From positions 8,416-72,415 of the forward strand of contig CAYTMQ010000011.1 in assembly GCA_964438995.1 (NCBI GenBank): a stretch of 64,000 bases of DNA, given 5' to 3'. Below the pieces are notes generated by a model. It was not told where the DNA came from and searched no databases. It was given only the letters and a program-made list of their open reading frames with translations. The DNA comes from an uncultured Chitinophaga sp. GTDB taxonomy: Bacteria > Bacteroidota > Bacteroidia > NS11-12g > UBA955. Numbering within the stretch: the first letter of the stretch is position 1; the number at the start of each line of letters is the position of its first letter. The position numbers and the translations under genes were made by a program. Below, one piece after another: positions 11,529 through 21,633 of the stretch.

Positions 11529-12782
11529 ATGGCACATCAAGTGGTTATCATTGGCGCAGGATTCGCCGGCATACAATTAGCCAAAAATCTAAATTCTCCT
11601 GAATTTGACATTCTTCTGATAGACAAAATCAATCACCACCAATTTCAACCGCTGTTCTATCAGGTTGCTACCTCTCAAATCGAACCTTCTAGCATCTCCT
11701 TCCCTATCCGAAACATCTTTAAAAATCAAAACAACATTCAGATTAGGTTGGCTGAAGCCCGAAGCATCGACTCATCAAACAAAAAAATCATCACCGATAT
11801 TGGTGAATTTCCTTACGACTCACTGGTTCTAGCCATGGGATGCAAAACCAATTTCTTTGGAAATTCTGAAATAGAAAACAATGCCTTTACCTTGAAATCT
11901 ACTTCAGAGGCTATTAGCATTAGAAACCATGTTTTAACTACATTTGAAAAAATCATTTCAAGCAATCCCGACGAAAAAATGCCCTTGCTAAACTTGGTTA
12001 TAGTAGGCGCCGGACCAACAGGCGTTGAGCTCGCGGGAGCATTTGCCGAAATAAAACATCACATACTTCCAAAAGATTATCCAAAAATTGATTTTTCTAA
12101 ATTTAACATCACCATAGTTGAAGGCAGTAACCACACCTTAAACAACATGAGTGAAAAGTCTAAATTAGACTCAGAAAAATATCTTTTATCAATGGGTATC
12201 AATCTAATCAAATCAACTTTTGTCAAGTCGTACAATGGCCAAGTGCTCACATTAAGCAATGGCGACCAAATACTAACTAAAACAGTAATTTGGGCTGCCG
12301 GCGTTATTCCAAATACAATTGATGGTTTACCCCAAGAAAGTATAACACCTGGAATACGATTAATTGTAGACCGATACAACAAAGTCAACTTAACTGACCA
12401 TATTTACGCTTTAGGGGATATCGCTTATATGTCAACACCACTCTATCCTAAAGGTCACCCCCAAGTGGCGAATGTTGCGATCAATCAAGCCAAAAATCTG
12501 GCACGAAATTTAAAAAATGAACTAAGAGGTAAAACATTAAAGGAATACGAGTACAAAGACTTAGGCTCAATGGCAACAATTGGAAGAAATAAAGCGGTAG
12601 TTGACATTGGTAAATTTCACATCAGAGGCTATTTTGCATGGTTGATTTGGATGTTCTTACATCTGATGTTGATTTTAAGTGTTAAAAACAAACTGATCAT
12701 TTTCATCAACTGGGCTTGGGCTTACTTTACCAAAGATACCTCATTAAGATTGATACTGAAACCAAGCATTAAGAAGTCCTAG
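11529..12782 (+). CDS. ndh: Type II NADH:quinone oxidoreductase (NDH-2)
   Basis: Two Rossmann dinucleotide-binding motifs (VVIIGAGFAG and VIVGAGPTGVELAGA). The length and C-terminal hydrophobic membrane anchor are typical of NDH-2. Confidence 0.8.
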   Translation: MAHQVVIIGAGFAGIQLAKNLNSPEFDILLIDKINHHQFQPLFYQVATSQIEPSSISFPIRNIFKNQNNIQIRLAEARSIDSSNKKIITDIGEFPYDSLVLAMGCKTNFFGNSEIENNAFTLKSTSEAISIRNHVLTTFEKIISSNPDEKMPLLNLVIVGAGPTGVELAGAFAEIKHHILPKDYPKIDFSKFNITIVEGSNHTLNNMSEKSKLDSEKYLLSMGINLIKSTFVKSYNGQVLTLSNGDQILTKTVIWAAGVIPNTIDGLPQESITPGIRLIVDRYNKVNLTDHIYALGDIAYMSTPLYPKGHPQVANVAINQAKNLARNLKNELRGKTLKEYEYKDLGSMATIGRNKAVVDIGKFHIRGYFAWLIWMFLHLMLILSVKNKLIIFINWAWAYFTKDTSLRLILKPSIKKS

Positions 12783-12836
12783 TAATTTTTCGAAACACGT
12801 ATACAACTTTTGCTCTATTTGTTATATTTGTTGTAA

Positions 12837-13376
12837 ATGAAATTTTACATAGAGACAGAGCGATTGATTTTAAGAGATATACTTCCTGAAGACAGAAATG
12901 GCTTATTCGAACTAGATAGTGATCCTTTGGTTCATAAATACCTTGGAGGCAATACCATTTCCAAAATAGAAGAAGCAGATTTTGTGGTAGGTATTATTCG
13001 CGATCAGTACCAAAACAATGGTATTGGAAGGTGGGCTGTCATTGAAAAGGAAACTGGCAATTTCATAGGCTGGAGCGGACTAAAATTCATTACAGAAGAA
13101 GAAAACAAACGCGTAAATTTTTACGATGTTGGATACCGACTTATTCCCAAATACTGGGGCAAAGGCTATGCCACCGAATCGTGTAAAGCAGCATTAAAAT
13201 ATGGCTTTGAAAACATGCAACTCGATCAAATTGTCGGCACTGCAAATGAACTTAACTTAGCATCAAAAAGGGTATTAAGCAAGTGTGGGTTAGTTTACAA
13301 ATCTCAATTTATGTGGCAAGATATTACATGTGATTGGATGGAAATAGACAAAGAAGATTGGCTAAAATTACAATGA
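12837..13376 (+). CDS. GNAT family N-acetyltransferase (RimJ/RimL-like)
   Basis: Acetyltransf_3-like layout with conserved WAVIEKETGNFIGWSGL and GKGYATE acetyl-CoA binding segments. 179 aa. Confidence 0.7.
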   Translation: MKFYIETERLILRDILPEDRNGLFELDSDPLVHKYLGGNTISKIEEADFVVGIIRDQYQNNGIGRWAVIEKETGNFIGWSGLKFITEEENKRVNFYDVGYRLIPKYWGKGYATESCKAALKYGFENMQLDQIVGTANELNLASKRVLSKCGLVYKSQFMWQDITCDWMEIDKEDWLKLQ

Positions 13377-14014
13377 AAAATTTCTTTTTAATTTTCGCCT
13401 TATTATTAACTAAGTGTTCACTTGGTCAAAATCCTTTTTTCAAATTAAATATCCAAAAGACCAATGCTTTTTATTACATCAAGCAACCTAGTTATGGGCA
13501 TTACACCCAAAACTATTTTTTATTGAATGGATTTCTAGATGTCTCATTAGAAAAACGATTTTCAGATGACAACTATATAGGGATTGGCCTCAACTATCAG
13601 GGCAGAATCTATGATCTGAATATTTCAAATTCAGGCGTTAACGAATTATATAAATCCCATTTTACTAGTTCACTATTTTCATATTATCTCAAGTTCAATT
13701 TTCCCATTGATTCAGGTAAACATTCCAATACATACTTAAGCTTTGCGGGCTATATGACTAAAACATATAACGATAAAACAGATTATTACAATGATACTAT
13801 ACCGCCTAATAATTATACATTAAAAAACAGAATGAATGGCGAACAATATACGTCCTTCTCACCAGTTATCGGCATCAACAACGAATATCGATTGGGTAAT
13901 TTTGTCTATTTTAAATCAGGATTAGAGTTTATTCCAGCCTATGGGAATAGCGGATTGTATAAAAACAATTCAAGATTATCATTAAACATTGGCATCCAAT
14001 TAAGGATTTATTAA
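13373..14014 (+). CDS. Hypothetical secreted protein (start refined to MKNFF, which overlaps the upstream stop as ATGA)
   Basis: The track's longest ORF starts at 13334, but the internal Met at 13373 gives a clean signal peptide (MKNFFLIFALLLTKCSLGQ) and the ATGA stop/start overlap with the GNAT gene. Aromatic-rich, ends in Y, so possibly a small beta-barrel. Confidence 0.5.
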   Translation: MKNFFLIFALLLTKCSLGQNPFFKLNIQKTNAFYYIKQPSYGHYTQNYFLLNGFLDVSLEKRFSDDNYIGIGLNYQGRIYDLNISNSGVNELYKSHFTSSLFSYYLKFNFPIDSGKHSNTYLSFAGYMTKTYNDKTDYYNDTIPPNNYTLKNRMNGEQYTSFSPVIGINNEYRLGNFVYFKSGLEFIPAYGNSGLYKNNSRLSLNIGIQLRIY

Positions 14015-14053
14015 AGGTTTAAAAAACTTAGAAGGTTTCCAAACTGTGCATTC

Positions 14054-14172
14054 CAACCTTACAAGGTTGTCGTAACAATCTAAACCAACCTTACAAGGTT
14101 GTCGAAATGATCCAAACCAACCTTACAAGGTTGTCGTAACGATCCAAACCAACCTTACAAGGTTGCCGACCT
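14054..14172. repeat. REP-like tandem array: four copies of CAACCTTACAAGGTTG with 32 bp period and near-identical 16 bp spacers, ending CCGACCT
   Basis: Copies at 14054-14069, 14086-14101, 14118-14133, 14150-14165. Spacers tcgtaacaatctaaac / tcgaaatgatccaaac / tcgtaacgatccaaac. Abuts the LysR stop codon. Confidence 0.65.
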
Positions 14173-15094
14173 AGTACTTTTCGTACCAGTCGAAGTTGGA
14201 TTTTACTATGCGGTTTTTTTCGACGGTGATGTAGTCGATAAAGGATTGGGCTGCTGCTGTGTGTTTTTTACCTTTTAACCAGATTAGACTCCAAGTTGTT
14301 TTAATGGGCAATCCTTTCATTGGAATGATGGACAATTCGTTGTTGTGCAATTCATTTCTAATCCCAATCAATGGCATAATAGAGTATCCTAAACCAGCTA
14401 AAATGGCCTGCTTAACGGCTTCATTGGATGTTAATTCCATTTTGCGATCAATATCGAAACTGCTCTTCTCTATAAACTTCTCCATAACAGTTCGTGTTCC
14501 AGAACCGCGCTCTCTAAAGATAAAAGGCAAACCATTGATCTCTTCTTTGGTTAGTCCAGTTTTCTTAAGCTTGGGATTCATCTTACCAACCATGTACAAT
14601 TTGTTTTGTAACAAGTCGATTTTCTTAATGTTAAAATTGTTGGGCACTATAGATACCAAAGCAAAGTCGACCTCGTTATTCTCAAGACTCTCTACCACCT
14701 TTTGTTTGTTGGTTACATCCATTATCAAATCAATACTCGGATTCTTATTGATAAATCCCGATAAATAATATGGCATGATGTATTGACCAGTCGAGACTAT
14801 AGAAATTTTAAGTTTTCCAAACAACTTGCCTTTGTACTCCAAAGTTCGGTAGTTGATGTTGTATACTTCCTCTAAAATTCTTTCTGCTGATTTGGCTATC
14901 TCTTTACCAAAGTCGGTAATATAAATTTTCCTACCCACAACCTCTGTCAAAGGAATATCAAACTGATCTTGAAAGTTTCTCAACTGAATAGACACTGCAG
15001 GTTGAGTCAAATTAAGCTCTTCTGCAGCCTTAGTAACACTCTCTGTTTGCACTATCTTTAAGAAGATTTGCAACTGATTTAATGTATAATTCAT
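14171..15094 (-). CDS. LysR-family transcriptional regulator
   Basis: N-terminal wHTH (LNQLQIFLKIVQTESVTKAAEELNLTQPAVSIQLRNFQ) plus a substrate-binding domain. Divergent from the efflux operon. Confidence 0.85.
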   Translation of the reverse strand: MNYTLNQLQIFLKIVQTESVTKAAEELNLTQPAVSIQLRNFQDQFDIPLTEVVGRKIYITDFGKEIAKSAERILEEVYNINYRTLEYKGKLFGKLKISIVSTGQYIMPYYLSGFINKNPSIDLIMDVTNKQKVVESLENNEVDFALVSIVPNNFNIKKIDLLQNKLYMVGKMNPKLKKTGLTKEEINGLPFIFRERGSGTRTVMEKFIEKSSFDIDRKMELTSNEAVKQAILAGLGYSIMPLIGIRNELHNNELSIIPMKGLPIKTTWSLIWLKGKKHTAAAQSFIDYITVEKNRIVKSNFDWYEKY

Positions 15095-15564
15095 AAAATA
15101 TATTTATATTATATATAACAATGTTTCATACAAATTAACAACAATGTTGTATGAAATTTGCAGCGTTTAAAATTAAATAATTTAAAAATCGATTGTAACC
15201 TTACTCTAACAATGCTTTACACAATTTTTACTTAAAACCAACTTAAAAAGAACTTAAAAAAAACTTAAGAACAAAATTAACAAAAACAATTCAAATAAAA
15301 AAATAATTTCTATTAAATATTTTAATGTATTATTTTTTTATCATTGAATTAATTAATATATAAAATGCAATATTTTAAAACATCAATATCGACTAATTCA
15401 ACTACATATCTCTAAATAACAACAAATTACAAATAATAAAATAACATTTTCACCAACAATATACAAAATCTAGACAAAATAACTATTTATAAAATCACTC
15501 AAATCAATTGAACTTTTTTAACAAAAAACAACACCAATAACTTAAAAATAAAAAATACGCGGAA
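15095..15564. promoter_or_regulatory. Extremely AT-rich 470 bp divergent intergenic region between the LysR gene and the RND efflux operon, with reiterated AACTTAAAAA / AAYTTAAG motifs
   Basis: Direct reading: aacttaaaaagaacttaaaaaaaacttaagaacaaaattaacaaaaacaattcaaataaaaaaa. No ORF. It is positioned as a shared control region with LysR box-like A/T tracts. Confidence 0.4.
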
Positions 15565-16647
15565 ATGAAACGAATTAATTTTTTGATCATCATTGGGCTA
15601 ATCATCTCTTTAGCCTCTTGTTCATCAAAGCACGAAGAAGACAAAGAAAACATCAAATTCACAGCTACTTCCCCCCTTCTAACTGACACCTCTATCATCA
15701 GAAATTATGTCTGCCAGATTCACGCCATTCAACACATTGATATCAGAGCGTTAGAAAAAGGGTATCTCGAAAAAATATACGTAGACGAAGGTCAACACAT
15801 CAAAAAAGGTCAGTTAATGTTTCAAATCATGCCTTTGATCTACAATGCAGAACTTCAAAAATCACAAGCAGAAGCCGATTTCGTAGAGATAGAATACAAA
15901 AACACCAAATTACTCTATGAAAAAAATGTGGTATCAGCCAACGAACTAGCCCTTGCTAAAGCAAAACTTGAAAAAGCGAAAGCCGAACTTAAACTGGCTC
16001 AAACCCACTTACTATTCACCGAAATTAGAGCGCCTTTTGATGGCATTATGGACCATTTTCAAGTGAGATTGGGTAGCCTAGTAAACGAAGGCGATTTGCT
16101 TACAACACTTTCAGACAACAGTCAGATGTGGGTGTATTTTAATGTTCCTGAAGTTGAATACCTCAATTACAAACTCAACACTACTAAAGAAAATTTTAAC
16201 AATGTACAACTACTAATGGCAAACAATCAACTGTTCAATCATAATGGTAGTGTTAAAACCATAGAAGCCGACTTCAACAATGAAACTGGTAATATCCAAT
16301 TCAGGGCTACTTTCCCTAATCCTGAAGGCTTGCTTAGACATGGAGAAACTGGCAATATTCAAATGGCCATTAACTTGAAAGATGCCATCATCATTCCTCA
16401 AAAATCTACTTTCGAAGTACTAGAGAAACGTTATGTTTTTGTAATTGACAAAGACAATGTTGTACACTCAAAAGAAATCAATGTGGCGGCTGAGATGCCC
16501 GACCTGTACATCATCAAAGATGGCTTATCTAAAGATGATAAAATTATGTTAGAAGGCATCAGAAAAGTAAAAGATGGCGATAAAATTTCTTACACCTTCG
16601 AAAACCCTAAAGATGTAATCCCAAAACTTAAAGTTTACGTAGAGTAA
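15565..16647 (+). CDS. Efflux RND transporter periplasmic adaptor (HlyD/MFP family), lipoprotein
   Basis: Lipobox LASC, coiled-coil hairpin and beta-barrel domains of MFPs. 1 bp gap to the downstream pump gene. Confidence 0.85.
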   Translation: MKRINFLIIIGLIISLASCSSKHEEDKENIKFTATSPLLTDTSIIRNYVCQIHAIQHIDIRALEKGYLEKIYVDEGQHIKKGQLMFQIMPLIYNAELQKSQAEADFVEIEYKNTKLLYEKNVVSANELALAKAKLEKAKAELKLAQTHLLFTEIRAPFDGIMDHFQVRLGSLVNEGDLLTTLSDNSQMWVYFNVPEVEYLNYKLNTTKENFNNVQLLMANNQLFNHNGSVKTIEADFNNETGNIQFRATFPNPEGLLRHGETGNIQMAINLKDAIIIPQKSTFEVLEKRYVFVIDKDNVVHSKEINVAAEMPDLYIIKDGLSKDDKIMLEGIRKVKDGDKISYTFENPKDVIPKLKVYVE

Positions 16648-16648
16648 T

Positions 16649-19600
16649 ATGTTCAGTAAATTCATTCAAAGGCCTGTATTGGCTATTGTTATTTCATTAA
16701 CAATTTTATTCATAGGTGGCTTGGCCATCAAAACTCTTCCAACATCTCAATTCCCAGAGGTTGCCCCTCCAGTGGTGATGGTGAGTGCGTCTTATCCTGG
16801 TGCAAGTGCTAAATCTCTAGCAGAATCTGTTATCATTCCTTTAGAACAATCTATCAATGGTGCTTGGGGTATGAGGTATATGACTTCTGATGCTACAAGT
16901 GCTGGTGAAGCCAATATTCAAGTAGTGTTCGAGCCCGGAACCGACATCAACCAAGCATTGGTTCAGGTGTCTAACAGAGTTCAGCAAGTTACCAACCGTT
17001 TGCCAATACTGGTACAACGTGAAGGTGTCGTTATAACACCAGTTATTCCAAGTATGTTGATGTATGTCAACCTCTATAGTAAAGATAAAAATTCGGACAT
17101 GAAATTTTTATTCAACTATGCTGGTGTTAACATGGTACCTGAGATTCAACGTATCAACGGCGTTGGTCAGGTTAGAATACTCGGAAGTAGACAATACGCA
17201 ATGAGAATTTGGTTGAATCCTGATCGTATGAGGGCTTACAACGTATCTCCTGATGAGGTTATGGAGGCATTAAGCGACCAAAGTATCATTGGCAAACCTG
17301 GTCGTATTGGTAGAGGCGACAGCAAACAAGCCGAAGCATTAGAATATGTATTAACCTATAACGACCGTTACAACGATCCTACTCAATACGACAATGTCAT
17401 CATTAGAGCCAATTCAAACGGAGAAAATCTTCGACTTAAAGACATAGCAACTGTCTCATTGGGCAGTGAATATTATGACATTTACTCTAATATGAACGGA
17501 CACCCTTCTGCTGCGATGGTTATCAAACAAACCTACGGCAGTAATGCAAGCGATGTTATCAAACAAGTAAAAGACAAACTTGAAGTCTTGAAAAAATCCT
17601 TCCCGCCTGGTATGGAATATGAAATATCCTATGATGTATCAAACTTCTTAGATGCTTCTATTGACAACGTCATACACACTTTAAGAGATGCCTTTATATT
17701 GGTGGCTTTAGTGGTATTCATATTTCTTGGCGATTGGCGTTCGACCTTGATTCCAACATTGGCTGTACCAATATCATTAATTGGAGCATTCTTCTTCATA
17801 CAGTTGTTTGGGTTAACCATCAATATGGTGACTCTATTTGCCTTGGTACTTGCCATCGGTATTGTTGTAGATGACGCCATTGTTGTTGTTGAAGCAGTGC
17901 ATGCAAAAATGGAAGAAGAGCACCTCTCTCCATACAATGCGGTTAGAAAAGTTATTGGAGAAATTAGTGGCGCAGTAATAGCCATTACTTTGTTGATGGT
18001 ATCTGTGTTTATTCCAGTATCGTTCATGACTGGTCCGGTTGGTACCTTCTACCGACAATTCTCCATCACTATGGCTTCATCTATCGTACTATCTGGTATC
18101 GTGGCATTAACTGTTACACCTGTTTTATGTGCCATGATATTAAAGAACAACCATGGAAAGCCAAGAAAGAAAACGTGGATGAATAGGTTCCTTGATAAAT
18201 TCAATCACCTTTTCGAACGCTTAACAGGAAAATATGTGTGGTTATTGAAACTGATTGCACACAGAAGAATTATCACTGTAGCCATGTTTACCATCTTTAG
18301 CTTAGGCATATTAGGCGTTAGCAAGATGTTGCCTTCAGGATTCATTCCAAGTGAAGACCAAGGAATGTTATATGCCATTATTCAAACACCTCCAGGTTCA
18401 ACATTAGAGCGCACAAACGATTTATCGAACAAACTTGTAGAAGTGATAAGAAAAGTAGATGGCGTAAAATCAGTATCATCTATCGCAGGATATGAAGTAC
18501 TAACTGAAGGTAGAGGTTCTAATGCAGGCACATGTCTAATCAATTTAAAACCTTGGTCGGAGCGCGATAAAGATATCACAGAAATTATTGAAGAACTTGA
18601 AGAAAAAGCTAAGGAAATTCCTGGTGCTACCATCGAGTTCTTTGACCCTCCGGCTGTACCAGGATTTGGTGCTGCAGGTGGATTTGCATTACAGCTTCTA
18701 GACAAAACAAATACGGGTGACTTGATGGAACTTGAAAAAGTGAAAAACGAATTCATGAGAGAGTTAGAAAAACGCAAAGAACTTACAGGATTATTTACAT
18801 TCTTTAGCGCCAACTATCCTCAATATGAAATTGAAATAGACAATCAAGCGGCCATGCAAAAAGGTGTAACTATAGGTAACGCCATGAATACATTATCCAT
18901 TTTTGTTGGTAGCACATATGAGCTAGGTTTCATCAAATACCAAAGATTCTTTAAAGTGTTTGTGCAAGCTTCACCAGAATTCAGAAAACTGCCAACTGAT
19001 ATCATGAATCTTTATGTTAAAAACAACAAAGATGAGATGGTTCCATTTTCAGCCTTTATGAGAATTAAAAAGAAACAAGGGGCTAATGAAATTAATCGTT
19101 ATAACATGTACAATACAGCAGCCATAAGAGGTGGACCCGCCAATGGATATAGCAGTGGTGAAGCCATAGATGCTGTTAAAGAAGTTGCTGCAAAGACATT
19201 GCCACACGGTTACGATATCGACTGGGCTGCGTTGTCGTATGACGAGACAAGAAGAGGCAACGAAGCTATTTACATTTTCATCATCGTATTGATTTTTGTA
19301 TACTTTGTTCTTGCTGCTCAATACGAAAGTTTCATCATTCCATTAGCGGTAGTATTATCACTTCCAGCAGGTGTATTTGGATCTTTCTTAATGATTAAAG
19401 GTATGGGATTGGCCAACGACATCTACGCCCAAGTTGGTTTGGTGATGCTGGTTGGATTATTAGGAAAAAATGCTGTATTGATTGTAGAGTTTGCCGTACA
19501 AAAACACCATCAAGGCGCTACAATTTTAGAAGCGGCAATTGAAGGAGCAAAAGTGAGATTCAGACCAATCTTAATGACATCATTTGCTTTCATTGCTGGA

Positions 19601-19861
19601 TTGATACCATTGGTTATTTCGCATGGAGCAGGAGCAATAGGTAATAAAACAATTGGTTCATCTGCCTTAGGAGGTATGTTATTCGGTACCATATTCGGTG
19701 TCATCATTGTACCTGGCTTGTATTACATCTTTGGCACTTGGGCTCAAGGTCGTAAGCTCATCAAAAATGAAGACGAAAATTCACTAACTGAAGATTTGGT
19801 TCACCAAATGGACAAATTCCCACAATCAACCGATTCTAGTCATGATTCAACAAACATTTAA
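16649..19861 (+). CDS. RND efflux permease (AcrB/MexB-like, HAE1 family)
   Basis: 1070 aa, 12-TM architecture with two large periplasmic loops, and conserved N-terminal MFSKFIQRPVLA and TM4 VVDDAIVVVE motifs. Confidence 0.9.
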   Translation: MFSKFIQRPVLAIVISLTILFIGGLAIKTLPTSQFPEVAPPVVMVSASYPGASAKSLAESVIIPLEQSINGAWGMRYMTSDATSAGEANIQVVFEPGTDINQALVQVSNRVQQVTNRLPILVQREGVVITPVIPSMLMYVNLYSKDKNSDMKFLFNYAGVNMVPEIQRINGVGQVRILGSRQYAMRIWLNPDRMRAYNVSPDEVMEALSDQSIIGKPGRIGRGDSKQAEALEYVLTYNDRYNDPTQYDNVIIRANSNGENLRLKDIATVSLGSEYYDIYSNMNGHPSAAMVIKQTYGSNASDVIKQVKDKLEVLKKSFPPGMEYEISYDVSNFLDASIDNVIHTLRDAFILVALVVFIFLGDWRSTLIPTLAVPISLIGAFFFIQLFGLTINMVTLFALVLAIGIVVDDAIVVVEAVHAKMEEEHLSPYNAVRKVIGEISGAVIAITLLMVSVFIPVSFMTGPVGTFYRQFSITMASSIVLSGIVALTVTPVLCAMILKNNHGKPRKKTWMNRFLDKFNHLFERLTGKYVWLLKLIAHRRIITVAMFTIFSLGILGVSKMLPSGFIPSEDQGMLYAIIQTPPGSTLERTNDLSNKLVEVIRKVDGVKSVSSIAGYEVLTEGRGSNAGTCLINLKPWSERDKDITEIIEELEEKAKEIPGATIEFFDPPAVPGFGAAGGFALQLLDKTNTGDLMELEKVKNEFMRELEKRKELTGLFTFFSANYPQYEIEIDNQAAMQKGVTIGNAMNTLSIFVGSTYELGFIKYQRFFKVFVQASPEFRKLPTDIMNLYVKNNKDEMVPFSAFMRIKKKQGANEINRYNMYNTAAIRGGPANGYSSGEAIDAVKEVAAKTLPHGYDIDWAALSYDETRRGNEAIYIFIIVLIFVYFVLAAQYESFIIPLAVVLSLPAGVFGSFLMIKGMGLANDIYAQVGLVMLVGLLGKNAVLIVEFAVQKHHQGATILEAAIEGAKVRFRPILMTSFAFIAGLIPLVISHGAGAIGNKTIGSSALGGMLFGTIFGVIIVPGLYYIFGTWAQGRKLIKNEDENSLTEDLVHQMDKFPQSTDSSHDSTNI

Positions 19862-21278
19862 AACATACATCACAATATTCACTGCCGTTTTTATTATAGC
19901 ATCTTGCGGCAGTTCTGTAAAAGTTGCACAAAAGAACGAGAACAGAAATGTGCCAGCTACATACAACAATGTCGCTGACACAAGCAATAGCGCTATGCTG
20001 CGTTGGAAAGAATTCTTTAAAGACTCTAACCTTATCGTATTAATAGATTCGGCTCTATCAAGAAATCAGGAATTGAACATCATGCTTCAAGAAATCAATA
20101 TTGCAAAGAACGACATCAAAGCAAGAAAAGGTGCTTACTTACCTTATGTTGATTTGGGTGGAGGAATTGGTGTTGAAAAGGTTGGCAGGTATACGTCAAA
20201 AGGCGCAAGTGATGCTACCAATCAAGTAGCTCCGGGTATAAAATTTCCTGAACCACTGGCAGATTTCTATGCTACACCTCGATTAAATTGGGAGATAGAT
20301 ATATGGAAGAAACTTCGCAACTCAAGGAAAATGGCCATTAACAAATATTTATCATCTATTGAAGGAAGAAGGTATATGGTCACAAATTTGATTTCAGAGA
20401 TTGCCGATTCTTATTATGATTTACAAGTACTGGATTTACAATTAGACATCATCAGACAGAACATCGACATTCAAACCAATGCCTTGGAGTTGATTAAAAT
20501 TGAAAAGAATTCTGCAAAGGTGACAGAACTTGCTGTTAAAAAGTTCGAAGCCGAAGTGTTAAAAAACAAGAGTCTACAATATGCGCTTTTACAACAAGTG
20601 AGAATAGCCGAAAATAGAATCAATTTCTTAGTTGGTAGATTCCCTCAACCTGTAGTACGCACAAAAATGGCTATGGACTCATTTGCAATTGATTCAATTC
20701 ATGCTGGAGTGCCTTCACAATTGTTAAGCAATAGACCAGACATCAGACAATCTGAATACGAATTGATGGCTGCTAAACTAGATGTCAAAATAGCCAGAGC
20801 TGAGTTTTATCCCAATGTACGAATTACTGCTGGTACTGGCTTTCAAGCCTTCAATCCAAGTTACTTACTGAAAACACCTGAGTCACTGTTGTACAGTATT
20901 GCTGGAGATATTGCAGGACCATTGATCAATAGAAATGCCATCAAGGCCAATTTAATGTCGGCAAACGCTAGACAAATACAAGCAGCATACAAATACGAAC
21001 AAACACTATTGAATGCATTTATAGAAGTATCCAACCAATTGTCAAACATTGATAACTTAAAAAACAGTTACGATTTAAAAAGCAAGCAGGTTGATGCTTT
21101 AAATAGCTCTATTGAAATATCCATACTATTATTCAAATCGGCTAGAGCAGATTATATGGAAGTATTGATGACACAAAGAGATGCTTTAGAATCTAAAATG
21201 GAAATGGTAGAATTGAAAAAACAGCTGCTTAATGCCAATATCAATTTATATAAAGCATTAGGCGGTGGAACAAGATAG
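19842..21278 (+). CDS. TolC-family outer-membrane efflux protein (OMF), lipoprotein
   Basis: Lipobox IASCGSS, two internal OEP repeats, overlaps the pump gene end by 20 nt. 478 aa. Confidence 0.85.
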   Translation: MIQQTFKTYITIFTAVFIIASCGSSVKVAQKNENRNVPATYNNVADTSNSAMLRWKEFFKDSNLIVLIDSALSRNQELNIMLQEINIAKNDIKARKGAYLPYVDLGGGIGVEKVGRYTSKGASDATNQVAPGIKFPEPLADFYATPRLNWEIDIWKKLRNSRKMAINKYLSSIEGRRYMVTNLISEIADSYYDLQVLDLQLDIIRQNIDIQTNALELIKIEKNSAKVTELAVKKFEAEVLKNKSLQYALLQQVRIAENRINFLVGRFPQPVVRTKMAMDSFAIDSIHAGVPSQLLSNRPDIRQSEYELMAAKLDVKIARAEFYPNVRITAGTGFQAFNPSYLLKTPESLLYSIAGDIAGPLINRNAIKANLMSANARQIQAAYKYEQTLLNAFIEVSNQLSNIDNLKNSYDLKSKQVDALNSSIEISILLFKSARADYMEVLMTQRDALESKMEMVELKKQLLNANINLYKALGGGTR

Positions 21279-21633
21279 TAGTGAGGATGATTAAGTTCAG
21301 AAATATTTATTCAATCGGACTGTTGGTCATATTTATTATGCTGTTTGCACTGGCATCCAGAATACACACAGTTAATCAATCTGCCTATGTCATCACCAAC
21401 TGTAGTTTAACAGTTTTAGCGGTGGCAATGTTCGATTGGATATTTATTTCTAAGAAAAAACAATGATTTCAGACCTCTAATTGTTTAATTTTACGTAATT
21501 TGAATTAATAAACAAACATTTATATATAAAATATAATATATAAATAAAAATATATATTCTAAAAGTGTGATTTTTGCGGCCGTAAATTTTCAAACAAGGA
21601 ACATTTACAAATGAATGAGCACTTTAACAATAT

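Noticed and set aside
11393-11602. 69 aa ORF overlapping the ndh start
   Set aside because: It overlaps the REP-like repeats and the start of a well-supported gene in another frame. Spurious.
14054-14172. Short-period tandem array (16 bp repeat + 16 bp spacer x4) that superficially resembles a mini-CRISPR
   Set aside because: The period of 32 bp is far too short. The spacers are near-identical to each other. There are no cas genes nearby, and the same unit recurs at two other loci. It is a REP-like repeat family.
17629-19707. Antisense ORFs nested inside the RND pump gene (17629..18027, 17834..18058, 18382..18813, 19049..19321, 19510..19707), and similar nested ORFs elsewhere (e.g. 37201..37521, 14259..14768, 51157..51645)
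   Set aside because: They lie entirely within longer, well-supported CDSs on the opposite strand, and have no start context or recognisable domains. Treated as chance ORFs.
21281-21466. 61 aa ORF immediately after the TolC-like gene
   Set aside because: It could be a real small membrane protein, but it has no recognisable features and a weak context. Not reported as a feature.
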